DNA of 63,162 nucleotides, filler included, from Lenisia limosa (Eukaryota; Protista; Breviatea): NCBI GenBank assembly GCA_001655205.1. It is 18 parts of 18 records of this genome, joined end to end, with 100 filler letters (N's around TTAATTAATTAA, not from the genome) between each part and the next. Parts side by side here need not be neighbours in the genome. Positions count along the whole stretch, not along the records: positions 10,706 to 14,473 come from LPNZ01009669.1; positions 14,574 to 17,795 come from LPNZ01010027.1; positions 17,896 to 21,277 come from LPNZ01003555.1; positions 21,378 to 22,460 come from LPNZ01000739.1; 14 more parts are not named here. One strand, given 5' to 3'. Below, piece by piece: positions 10,706 through 22,560 of the stretch. The number at the start of each line of letters is the position of its first letter. Within the stretch, counting starts at the first letter, position 1. The position numbers and the translations under genes are program-made. Below the pieces are notes generated by a model. That model saw only the letters and a list, made by a program, of their open reading frames with translations. It searched no databases and was not told where the DNA came from.

Positions 10706-13700
10706 CTCAACTCCCTCTCTGGATGGGCCGGAGCTGCCGCTGGATTCATGCTTAACAACTCTCTCCTCATCGTTGCCGGTTCTATTGTTGGATCTTCTGG
10801 TGCTATCCTCTCAGTATGGGGGATAACACCGTGTTTCAATTGGCATTGTCTTGACTTTCATAACCTTTCTAGTATGTGATGTGTGCCTCCATGAACCGTC
10901 CTTTTATTAAGGTTATGGCTGGTGGCTTTGGTGCCAAAAAGGCTGTCGCTATTACTGGCGAGCATCGCGAGATCAACACTAGTGAACTTGCTAAGCGTGG
11001 GGGGGGGGGNNNNNNNNNNNNNNNNNNNNNNNNNNNNNNNNNNNNNNNNNNNNNNNNNNNNNNNNNNNNNNNNNNNNNNNNNNNNNNNNNNNNNNNNNNN
11101 NNNNNNNNNNNNNNNNNNNNNNNNNCACAGGTTGTAAAGATGCTGAGAAGACCATCTACATCATCCCCGGTTATGGCATGGCTGTCTCTAAGGTGTGTAA
11201 ACGGTTTTTGTGCTTTTGAAGCACCCGTATGGAGAATTGTATTCACCGTACAGGCTTCCTTTGTTATGTCTGACATTGCCCACTACCTCCGTGAATGTGG
11301 CAAGCGTGTCCTTTTCGGTATTCACCCCATTGCTGGACGGTAGGCCTTCACATTCATGTAACGGACTTAACCATTCAGTCTTCCCGGCCACATGAACATC
11401 CTCCTTGCTGACGCCAAGGTCCCATACACCTGGGCCGTCCCCCTCCCTCAGGTTCGTTTTCCCCGCNNNNNNNNNNNNNNNNNNNNNNNNNNNNNNNNNN
11501 NNNNNNNNNNNNNNNNNNNNNNNNNNNNNNNNNNNNNNNNNNNNNNNNNNNNNNNNNNNNNNNNNNNNNNTAACTTTAACCCCCCCCCCTCCCAGGTTAA
11601 CGCTGACATTGAAGAAGGAAAGGTCGAAATGTGCATCACTTGCGGCGCAAATGATACAAGTGGGAAGGACTACTCCAAAATAGTTGACATATTGAAGTGT
11701 ATCTTATGTATATATAAACAATATACTATGATATATATACACATGTAGTATATCGAATGAATATAATTATTTTATTATATATATAATACCAGTTTTTGTC
11801 TTCTTCTTAACACACTTAGTCAACCCCCTCACTCAAGACCCTACTTCTGCCATCGCTGGTATGGATGTCATCAAGGTGCGCTGGATTGCATATTTAATGG
11901 CTCTTTTTTTTGACAATCTCATCACTCAGGTGTGGGAGGCTCCCATTGCTGTTGTCATGAAGCGTTCAATGCGTACTGGATACTCTGGAACCAACAACCC
12001 TCTGTTTTTCGAGGTGAGCTGCGTTTTAATCATACTCCGCGTCTTCTATCGTCGCGATACTTATTCCCCCCTTAGACCAACACCTACATGTACCTCGGTG
12101 ACGCCAAGGCTCAGGGTGAGATGCTTCTTGAAGAAATTAAGGTTTGTAGAAGGATCCCATAAGATAAAATATTTTGGAACTGAATAGAAACGTTGTTATT
12201 ATTTGTGACCCCATTCCAGAAGACCATGAAACCCGCCAGCGCTGAAGGAGACAAGGTCGAAATGGCTGAGATCGACGTTGCTGTTGAGGAGGAGGAAGAA
12301 GAACTCCCCGAGGCCGTGAAGTGGCTCGGGTGTCCTTCTGAGGTAAGGTAGTCCGTTTCTGTGGTTCTTCATCTTTGTGTGGGTGATTGTTGTTGACTCC
12401 CCAGGTCTTCAAGGGTGAAACCCGTATTGCTGTCACTCCCAACACTGCTCGTGTCTTCCGCAAGAAGGGATGGGGTGTCTACGTTCAAGTGAGCTTTGTA
12501 TTCCTATTTGACCTTGCTTCATTCACTATAATTCTTATGTGTTTACCCTCATAGGCTGGAGCCGGTCTCCCTGCCAACTTCCATGATGTCGAATACACCG
12601 CTGCCGGCGCAACTGTTCTTCCTACCGCTGCTGAGGTTTGATTTGCTTGATTTTTTTCCTGACTATCTTTCCGTTCGCTTTAACACAAGCAGGTCTGGGA
12701 CAAGTCTTCCGTAATCCTGAAGGTCCGCCCACCCACAGACGATGGTGATGGCGACGAGTGCAGATTCCTTGACGAGACCAAGGTGGGAATGGAATGAGGG
12801 TTTTGTGTTCTTGGTTGCACTGCTTTGTTACAATAGTATGTTTTCTTTTTGTTTTTTTTCTTGAATGATTCTTTCACCATTATTCCGTGCTCCATTTCTT
12901 ACCCCACCCACCCTTAGACCATTCTTTCCTTTGTCTGGCCCGCCCAAAACGAGGAGCTTATCAAGCGCCTCACCGCTACCAAAGCTGCTGTCTTCGCAAT
13001 GGACATGGTTCCCCGTATTTCTCGCTCTCAGGTTAGCTATATTCTTTCGTTGTTATTCTTTCCTCCTCCCTATGCCATATTGTCGTTCGCTTTGTTCTTA
13101 CTTCCACCCTAGTGCATGGATGCACTCTCTTCTATGACCAAGACTGCCGGTTACCGTGCCATCGTTGAGGCTTCCAACTACTTCGGAAAGTTCTTCTCAG
13201 GTATGTTATCCCATGCTTATATTAAACACGTTCCCCCTTGTCCCTTCTTCCTTTCACAATATAGCCGAAATCACTGCTGCCGGTGACACCCCTCCCGCTA
13301 CTGTTCTCGTCATTGGTGCTGGTATCGCTGGTAGGTTGTGAATAATGAACAATAACTCTGTGTGTTATTTTTTTAAAAAAAAGAGAATCTGATAGACCTT
13401 TTTAGGAATGTCTGCAGTTTCTGTTGCCAAGAAGATGGGATGTGTTGTGCGTGCATTCGATTCTCGCCCTGCTGCTCGTGCTGAGGTTTGAACAACTTCT
13501 TTTTCTTTTTATACAAAAACCATAATTGCCAGATTTTTAATTAGTATTAATTAACTGATTTGTTGTGTTTTTTTTGTTTTTATTTTTGTTTTTCTTTATG
13601 TGCTCACCACCTAGGTGGAAACTCTTGGTGCTGAATTCCTTGAGGTTAAGATTGAAGAGGACGGAACTGGTGTCGGTGGATATGCCAAGGTGGGTTCCCT

Positions 13701-14473
13701 TTTTTAAAAAATCTAATCAGAGCCGAAACAATCCGGATTTCCTGACCTTTCATAGACCATGTCTCCCGAATTCATTGCTGCCGAGATGGAACTCTTCCGC
13801 CAGCAAGCCAAGACTGTTGATATTGTCGTTACCACTGCTCTCATTCCCGGACGCAAGGCACCCATCCTCTGGAAGTATGAAGCTCTCGACAACATGAAGT
13901 CTGGATCTGTCGTCGTGGATCTTGCTGCCGAGGCTGGAGGAAACTGTGATGCTACCAAGGTTGGTTCACCTGCCCATCGTGATTGAGTTTTTTTCTGTGT
14001 ATCTGGGATGAATGTTTTTTTTTTTTTTGTGATTCCCTTAATGCTGGCCTTATCCCCTTCTCCCAGCATGGAGAAGTTGTCAACTACAAGGGTGTTCACG
14101 TTATCGGCCATGGTGTTGGTGACTTGGTCGCAGCCATGCCTGCCCAAGCCTCCCAGATGTATTCCACTAATCTTGTCCACTGCCTCACCGAGTTCGGAAA
14201 CACTGAGGTCTGCAATCGAACTTTAGTTATTTAGTTTTGGGCAGACTTACCATATTTAGAACTGGAACGTCGACTTTGACTCCGTCATCATCCGTAACAT
14301 GTGCATTGCCAACAACGGCGAGGCCATGTACCCTCCTCCCAAGCTTACCCTTGCCCAACCCACTGCTAAAAAGGAAGTGAGGGGGGGGGAGCCGATATCA
14401 AGAGTTCAACTATATGATAAAAACCCTTTCCTAACTTTCCCAGGAGGCCATTGCTCCTATCCCTAACCTCAAG
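10706..14473 (+). CDS. NNT: Proton-translocating NAD(P) transhydrogenase, single-chain beta-alpha order, partial at both ends
   Basis: About 20 in-phase exons. d[38 protein letters not shown]|YVMCASMNR. d[52 protein letters not shown]. An acidic linker is followed by d[61 protein letters not shown] and ASQMYSTN. Confidence 0.97.
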
Positions 14474-14573
14474 NNNNNNNNNNNNNNNNNNNNNNNNNNN
14501 NNNNNNNNNNNNNNNNNTTAATTAATTAANNNNNNNNNNNNNNNNNNNNNNNNNNNNNNNNNNNNNNNNNNNN

Positions 14574-17500
14574 TCGGTTACATTGGAAACGGGTATGCTA
14601 CGCACAAGTGGCTCTCTGACTGCAGCGTCCAGGTCAAATGCCCCTTCAGCCTTTGGGGAGTCAGCGGTTACAATGGAAACAAAAACCCTAAAACTCAAAA
14701 AACAAGAAGTTTCAACCCTACCCGCATAATATAACTCCCAAACATAATACGATTAAACCCCCATATTCAGATATTGTCCTAACCATTGATTTGGGCTTTT
14801 TTTTTNNNNNNNNNNNNNNNNNNNNNNNNNNNNNNNNNNNNNNNNNNNNNNNNNNNNNNNNNNNNNNNNNNNNNNNNNNNNNNNNNNNNNNNNNNNNNNN
14901 NNNNNNNNNNNNNNNNNNNNNNNNNNNNNNNNNNNNNNNNNNNNNNNNNNNNNNNNNNNNNNATTTAGTGGTTTTTTTTCATAAATTATCTAATTCACCC
15001 CTCCCCCCCCACCTCCGGTGGCTCGACCTCGAGTTGAATCTGGTACCATACGGTCATGCCGTCCGGCCCGTTGAAACGAAGCTCGCCGGCTGCGTGGTGA
15101 GGGGTATGGGGGTATAGGAGGGATTGTACACTAGAAATGAGAAATAAGAAACAGTCCACGCCATCACGCCTGGCGGTATAAAATGAGAGAAGAAGGCACG
15201 ACATAGCCCCCGCACCAAAGTGTCCGGACAGTCTCGGTACAATGCTCAGACTGTACAGGCCGCCGCGGACGGGTTCGACCATTGTCGTGCTATCTCCGGA
15301 GGCCCAGGCCAGGCTGCATTGCACCTTCATCTCCGTGCTTGACTGGGGGGGGGGGGAGNNNNNNNNNNNNNNNNNNNNNNNNNNNNNNNNNNNNNNNNNN
15401 NNNNNNNNNNNNNNNNNNNNATTAACTCTGTTGGATGACAACACATGCGGGTTGATGACAACAAAACAAAGCCCAGGCCAGTGTCGCTTCTTCTGCACCT
15501 CATCCCATCACTCCAGCGTGCGTGATGATGAGATGGGCAACTTGATAAAAAAAAAACTGAGAGAACTGCTATAGTTTATATCCCCCCCCAAACAGTCACG
15601 CCCATGGAGGGAATTCTGAAGTTCTTATGAAGGACCTGTCTAGCCTTGCACGTTAGCGAAAGCTTCTCCTCTGCCAATGGTGGCAAGGCGGTTGCTGGGG
15701 AGTAAAAGGAAGGGAATTTATGAAACAAAAAAAAAAAACCCAAAAATCAACTACGTAAAACTCCAACATTCAAGGGGAGGGGGCTATTGGAAAATATATG
15801 AAACAAACTGATTTTGGAGTGGCTGGAGGGTGGGAAGAAGGATTTGAATATCAGGTATGAGTCCTAGGGATTTGGATACTGGGTATCTATGAGTCCTAGG
15901 GATTTGAATATCAGAGTTATAAACAAAAAAAAAAAAAACAACGTCACTCTCCACCAACTAAGTATCCTATAGATGATCTTGTCTCCGGAGCTAGCGTTCG
16001 TCAGCACCAATTCTCCCTTAACTTGCCCCTCTTTTCTTGGCATGAAGGTAACGGGGAACGTGCGGCTTGCACCAGCAGGAATCGTAATTTGTCTGGGAGT
16101 CAGTGGCCGTTTGGTTTTGCGGAATTATTTTTAAGATTTTCAAAAAAAAAGCGAGTAATGACGATGACGAGTGTGAGAGACATGACATAATCTAGCTGAC
16201 TTGTAAGGAAGGTAACCAACCTTGGAGCGTTAATNNNNNNNNNNNNNNNNNNNNNNNNNNNNNNNNNNNNNNNNNNNNNNNNNNNNNNNNNNNNNNNNNN
16301 NNNNNNNNNNNCTGCAAGGCACTGGCAAAGGACCAGTCCTGAGACGTCTGGTTGTGCAGCGGTATGTCCTGTGTGGAGGACTGTCGCACAGGCAGCGTGA
16401 AGTCCAACGACATGATCTTGGCTGCGGGGGTAAATTGGAAATTGATGAAACAACAACAAGAAGCCCAAAATAAACTCTGATAGCTGACAACACGCAAGGG
16501 TTGAGAACAACAAAACAAACAAAGCCCAGACAGTAAGGGGGGGGGGGTGATCACAATTTATATGGTTCAAATCAAAATAAAAACAGCAACAATAATAAAA
16601 CACAATACAATTTCCACCACCCCCTACGTGGCGCAGACGCATGGCCCTCGAGCGAAATTACACGCACATCCATAGGGGCCTTCAGGAGAATCTGGCTCGG
16701 ATACTTGCCTAAACAAGTAAGTAAAGAGGAAGTTGCCATATGAGGAAATCCGGTAACATACCCGGGTTTTTGGGGTGGAATTCGAGGGGGAGCTTCGGTC
16801 CGGTATATCTCCCGGGCTGCGGGGGTTAGTTTCTCGAAAAGGCAGTTGTCGATAATTGTCGATAAGTGAACGGTGTTTATCCGGCAAACTGATAATACCC
16901 AGGGCTTCCTAACAGTCTGAAAACCCCCGATAAAATATCGATATTTATCGAGGATTTAGTCTTTTTTGGGACCGTAGGGAAGCCCTACGGTGGAGTCTCT
17001 GATACCCGCCCACCACGGTAGAGTCGCGATTTTGTGACACAACTTCCCATTCACGCGGACCAAGGAAAAACTGTGACCCGTATTCCACCTGGAGACAATT
17101 ATGGATATTACAAAGACAAGAATTGAGAGAGCGAAATAATATCAATATATCTTGTCAAAAATCAAACAGTCAGAAGTTTTAAAATTTGATGTGAGGGGTA
17201 AAGTTGAAGGACTGACAACACAATTCTCTCAATAATCCAACAGCCCAATGTAACGTCCTTGTATTTCCAACCTTAAACACGGGGGCAAGCATGGCGTCCC
17301 TTGCCTGGTGCACCAAACGTCCGAGTAACGGACTCTGTTGAATAGCCTGTTCAGCCTGCCTCAGCCGCATCTTCAGCTGTTTATCCTTCACCAAAGCGGC
17401 TCCAACAACCCCCCATTCCGCCAGGGCTCGCTCCAGACCTAAGATGTGCGTGAAATCGACTATGGAACAAAAACAAGTCGAAATCAACTCTGTTATTGGG

Positions 17501-17795
17501 AGCGGGAGGAGGGACAACAAAAATGTAAAAAAAAAAACAATGTTGAAAAGTAAAACTCACCCGAATTTCTTGCGTTGACAGACAACTCACGCACAACAGT
17601 CGTGGCAGTTTCGGCTTGAATCTTGACCTAGTTGATTAGTTTAGCTAGAATGGAACTAAAAGGGTTGCACCTGCTAATTCAGTCGGATCTAGTGTTGGAA
17701 AAATGAGAAATTACCCCCCACTCTATCCGCAGGTTCGGGAAGGTCGGCCTTGGCGTTGACTTGGATAACAAACTCTCCGACTCGCTCATCGAAAA
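14574..17795 (-). CDS. CFAP47: CFAP47-like cilia/flagella protein (tandem Ig/ASH-like repeats), partial
   Basis: In-phase exons: DERVGEFVIQVNAKADLPEP; KLPLEFHPKNPG|KYPSQILLKAPMDVRVISLEG; LDFTLPVRQSSTQDIPLHNQTSQDW; TFPVTFMPRKEGQVKGELVLTN; PLAEEKLSLTCKARQ; YSLSIVPRLSGHF|AGELRFNGPDGMTVWYQIQLEVEPPE|AEGAFDLDAAVREPLVRSIPVSN. The pattern matches my recollection of the CFAP47 C-terminal half and was not confirmed by search. Confidence 0.72.
14964..15012 (+). repeat. ITR copy antisense to host gene, abutting the minus-strand donor
   Basis: ttttcataaattatctaattcacccctccccccccac|ctccgg. On the minus strand this reads exon|GTGGGGGGGGAGGGG. Confidence 0.75.
16422..16533 (-). repeat. ITR copy, sense to host gene, ending at the acceptor
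   Basis: Minus strand: ctgtctgggctttgtttgttttgttgttctcaacccttgcgtgttgtcagctatcagagtttattttgggc...tttacccccgcag|exon. Confidence 0.85.
16902..16985. mobile_element. GGGCTTCCCT-TIR MITE (family B)
   Basis: gggcttcct...taaaatatcgatatttatcgaggatttagtcttttttgggaccgtagggaagccc|ta. The core is shared with family A. Confidence 0.8.
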
Positions 17796-17913
17796 NNNNN
17801 NNNNNNNNNNNNNNNNNNNNNNNNNNNNNNNNNNNNNNNTTAATTAATTAANNNNNNNNNNNNNNNNNNNNNNNNNNNNNNNNNNNNNNNNNNNNCCCCC
17901 CCCCCCCCCACCT

Positions 17914-20900
17914 CAATACCACTCCCTGGCTGCAATGCAGCCAAGAGGCAGCTCGAAGCAACCAGGTCACTGGAGGGGACAAGAGCCGAAATCCGGTGGA
18001 ATATAACAGGGAACAGGGTCTGAACGGTGAGCTGATAGAATGACATTCAATGAAGGTTCTATTAGTTCAGAGTAGCAAGTACGAGGTATAACTGATATTT
18101 CCTCTTTTGTCACTAAGAAAAGAGGGATAACTGTTGCTTTTAGGAAGAAAACTGTTCCAATAGAGCCGCAGCCCCCCCCCCCCCTNNNNNNNNNNNNNNN
18201 NNNNNNNNNNNNNNNNNNNNNNNNNNNNNNNNNNNNNNNNNNNNNNNNNNNNNNNNNNNNNNNNNNNNNNNNNNNNNNNNNNNNNNNNNNNNNNNNNNNN
18301 NNNNNNNNNNNNNNNNNNNNNNNNNNNNNNNNNNNNNNNNNNNNNNNNNNNNNNNNNNNNNNNNNNNNNNNNNNNNNNNNNNNNNNNNNNNNNNNNNTGG
18401 GGGGTATGAACATATACACATATGATATTTATAAACAGATCATAAAGCCAAAGTATAACTTTATAACTTTGTTGAAGGGGGGAGCGTATGCGAGTGACAA
18501 GATATCTAGGTAATACTCTTTAGAACGTAAGAAAACCTTGTGAGATGGGAAGAAGGCATAACACCCACCAAGTCAGGAAGGGAGAATAGGAAATGACAAA
18601 GTTGAGTGACAGGTAGTTGCGATGCCGTATCACTGTTGGCGTGGGGGGATTTAGTTGAAGCCTCTCCGGATGAAAGCAGCGAAAGCTTGGTCAACGTGTC
18701 ATCGAGAGATGCCGAAAGCTTCTGTGATAGTTCTGAATCGTTAGGTACAACCTGGTCATTAAAAAGACAACTCAAGCCTCTCTACCACCAACTCAACATC
18801 AAGTGAAACCAAATCTTCCCACCTTTCAACTCAACAATGTCAGGATGTGCTGCGACAATATCACCGTATTTCGACCTTGAAAAAAATCAGATGAAAAACA
18901 ATAACACCATTCTTCCCTCATTTATTGTGACAATTTATCATATCCATCCCAGTGCATACACTACAGTAGCGTGAAGTTCTTGCCTCTTGAGATCAGCATT
19001 TTCCCTGAAAAAATTATGAGGTAACAAGGAGGGGAAGAACGGGCAGCAGTTGATTACCACCCACTGTGCTTGTCTGTTAATTTGACGGACATAAGACCGA
19101 TCGTGCTCCTTGAAGAGGGACTGTAGTCCCCTGTTATGGGACTGGGACATTTCTCAAGACTCAACGACAGTTTGCCATTTTCCTCCAGAAACTCGCTTGT
19201 GGTTGTGCTACTCACTCTCTTATTACATATAGGTTAGACAGACTAGACAAAAGACCTGATTTCAAATATCTTTTAAAATTGGGATTTATCTGGGGGTGAG
19301 GGCCTCCTCGGGTGAGGGGTGGGGGTCAGTGCTGGATGTGGGTTGTTATGTTGGTTAGGGGATTTGAGGGGGATGTCCATATTGTGCCCACACGCCCATA
19401 CGATTTTAAAATTCGGTACTACAGTACTCTGACAGTTCACTTGAAATTTAATAATAATAATACTTCCTGATATCTGACATAGTTCTCCAATGAAATCAAG
19501 AAAAAAATCCATAAACATTAGAACACAGATTAAATAGAAAAAGGAATTAGAAAAAAGAATCCATGGTAGCTCGAGCCTTCTTGGCTATATTGGGGTTGAT
19601 AGATGGGGGGAGTTGCGCCAGGAACCTGTAAATTAGAGTAAACGAGTTAAAACTTGGGTTCTAGAACGGGATAATACAGCAAACGATATTCAGTTATCAA
19701 ATAAATAATGCATAGATCACAAATAGTTCCCCACACCTGCGATATGAGAGCAATATGTCTATCCCCCACCTTCTGAGATACACCAGCCCCGATGTGAGGG
19801 TTCGGAGGCCGGGATTAGTGCCATGAAGAGCCAGAACCAATGAACTGAGGGAGAGGGTGAAGAAATAGAAACGGTAAAATCAAAAGAATGGGGAGGGATG
19901 AGGATGTTTGTTAGCCTTGAATATGAAGTCAATGTAACGTGAAATGTTATAATGCTGCGGCGAAGGAAGTAATAGCATATTACGAAGTAGGAAATGAGAC
20001 ATTACCAACGCCCACGTCGCGGCCGCCACACAGCCGTTTGCGGTGAGAGCCGCTACGGCCGCTGCCACGTGCTCCCTGCTGTCAGCGTCGGAACGGATCA
20101 GCTGACAAACGTTCTGACACAACACGTCCGAGGCAAGGTGCAGCGGCGTCTTCTTTTTGGTCAGATGAGACAGGGTCTCTTCACGTCGGTTTGCACATGT
20201 GATTAATAGCAGTATAAATAGAGCCCCTACTGTTAGTCCAAGCTGGGTGAGCTCTCCTGGAAGATATGGTACTGCAGTCTTGTTGACACTTGGTCTGGGA
20301 TGTGAGGTGGGGAGGGGGGGTAATTGGTATCATATAAATTTAAGGCTTTTGATTCAAAAAAAAACACCCCAGCCATGCCTTGTTAACTATCGATTTTTGA
20401 CTGGACATGTCAGTCGAAGTGNNNNNNNNNNNNNNNNNNNNNNNNNNNNNNNNNNNNNNNNNNNNNNNNNNNNNNNNNNNNNNNNNNNNNNNNNNNNNNN
20501 NNNAAAGGAGCCTCTCGGGCCTCAGCCCATGACAACAGCGCCAATGCACGCGCACTTTGCGCCACGGCTGCGCGGGACGATGACGCTCCGAAAATGAGCG
20601 CTTCGGCAATGGGAGCTTTTCGCGCCAAAAGGAGGAGGAGATTCTTCTCGGACTGAGAGGGTAATTGTCGGGGCCAGGTGGAAACAAAAGCAGGACAATG
20701 AAAGAAAACAACACTAACTAAAAAACCTGAAGCCCTTCAAACCTCTTCAGAGAGAACATGAGAAATAGCAGGGTTGTCGCGAGCCTCTATCGCGAGACTG
20801 CCAAGATTGATTTCAATAAGCCTGCGTGGTCAGTGTGAGAAGAAAAAAAAAATACATGAAACGACCAGAAGAGTGATAAAAGAATCAAGCACATTGAGAA

Positions 20901-21277
20901 GCGTACAGCGTCAGAACATCGTCCCAGTGAGAGCTGAGTTCAGTTTCAGGAACCTGAGAAGTCAGTGATGAATAGCACTGAATCTCCAATGACACTTGAC
21001 AACACAGGGTATCGGAGTTAGTTAAACATTGTAAAATTTAGGTGGTAATCAACATCATATCATGACAACTTGAGTACCCATCAGACCCCCCTATCCCCAG
21101 CGCCAACTGACCACATTGTGCCAGGCAAGCAGCCCAGTGATAAGGGCTCTGCACGCCTCGCGCGCAGTTGGCACGTCGTCCACGTCCTCGCCCTGCACGT
21201 TGTACTGGTTTTTGGCAAAAGGAGTCCGGGCTGGGATTGTCGGAAGTTTATCGGCAACAACCTCCGCTTTTTCGTTG
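17914..21277 (-). CDS. Partial multi-exon gene, unknown helical (Ala/Leu-rich) protein
   Basis: GT-AG exons such as NEKAEVVADKLPTIP...REACRALITGLLAWHN, VPETELSSHWDDVLTLYASQ, LIEINLGSLAIEARDNPAISHVLSEE, QLIRSDADSREHVAAAVAALTANGCVAAATWAL and DLVASSCLLAALQPGSGIE. Confidence 0.6.
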
Positions 21278-22560
21278 NNNNNNNNNNNNNNNNNNNNNNN
21301 NNNNNNNNNNNNNNNNNNNNNTTAATTAATTAANNNNNNNNNNNNNNNNNNNNNNNNNNNNNNNNNNNNNNNNNNNNGCACGGTAATTTGTTTATGGTAT
21401 CATGTATTTTTCCTAAATTTCTAATGTACATGTAATATATTATATTATTTCTCTTTCAGACCCATGATAAGTACCCCGCCCCCCAACGTCAGTTTTGTCC
21501 TCCTTTTTCTCTTCCTTTTTCTCTTCCTTGTCTTTCGGGTCTACTTTGGAGTTAGTTGGATCGTAATACAAAAGAAGATAGATTGGAAACGAAAACAAAG
21601 ATAAGACAGATAATTAAACGAAGGCAATAGAGAGCCTTCAAAAGAGACGACAGGTCAAAGGAATCAGAGAGATACAAAAAGATAAGAGACATATAAGTAT
21701 GATAAATTATCAGACTCCCACCTTTTTCGTTTCGACGAGGTTTGTCGTTTTTCCTCCGATCCTATAAAGATCAATTAAGGAAATATGAAGAAAGTACGAT
21801 ATAGCTGCAATAGTGTGGTTAAAATCGCTTTTATTCAAGATATGGGAATGTTAATACGGAGGCAAATAAGAATTGAGAGACCAAAGTGGCATAACTACTG
21901 TTTGGATTACGAAATATTTGAAAGTAAATTATTCAGAGTAGAGTGTCTCTTTTACATATAATTGAATCATTAAAGGTAAGCTCTTAGAAATGTAATCTGA
22001 AATATGTTCACAATTGACATTTTTGAGGTCTGAACAAGAATGTACATAATATCATAGAGATGAGAAAAAAAAAAACGTTAAAAAAAAAAAACGTATAGTA
22101 TCTGGCCATAGCCGCCCACACCATCCAGCTTATAAAAGATATTCGATTAGTACAATATTAATCCATCTAATCATTTGCCTTACAGCTCTGTGCACATAAT
22201 TTAATATTCTGAAATTACCCCTCCCCTCCCACCTTTTTCGGATCCTTCGTCTCTTTGTGGTCCTTCTTGCTCTCTTTTTCTTTGTCCCTCTTCTTTTTGA
22301 CTGGTTCCGGCTCCGGGGTGGGTGTGTCCTAAAAAGGACATTAGGCGCTTCCTTAAAAGGAAAGTAGGTGGTTCCTAAAAGGAGAATCACGTTATAATAT
22401 ATTAAAAAGGAAAGTAGTTTGATGTGACCTTATCTTAATACTTCAGTACCCCCCCCCCCCNNNNNNNNNNNNNNNNNNNNNNNNNNNNNNNNNNNNNNNN
22501 NNNNTTAATTAATTAANNNNNNNNNNNNNNNNNNNNNNNNNNNNNNNNNNNNNNNNNNNN

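Noticed and set aside
22130-22390. Arg/Lys-rich minus-strand ORF as a protamine-like protein
   Set aside because: It derives from a T/C-rich low-complexity tract on a short AT-rich contig with no supporting exon structure.
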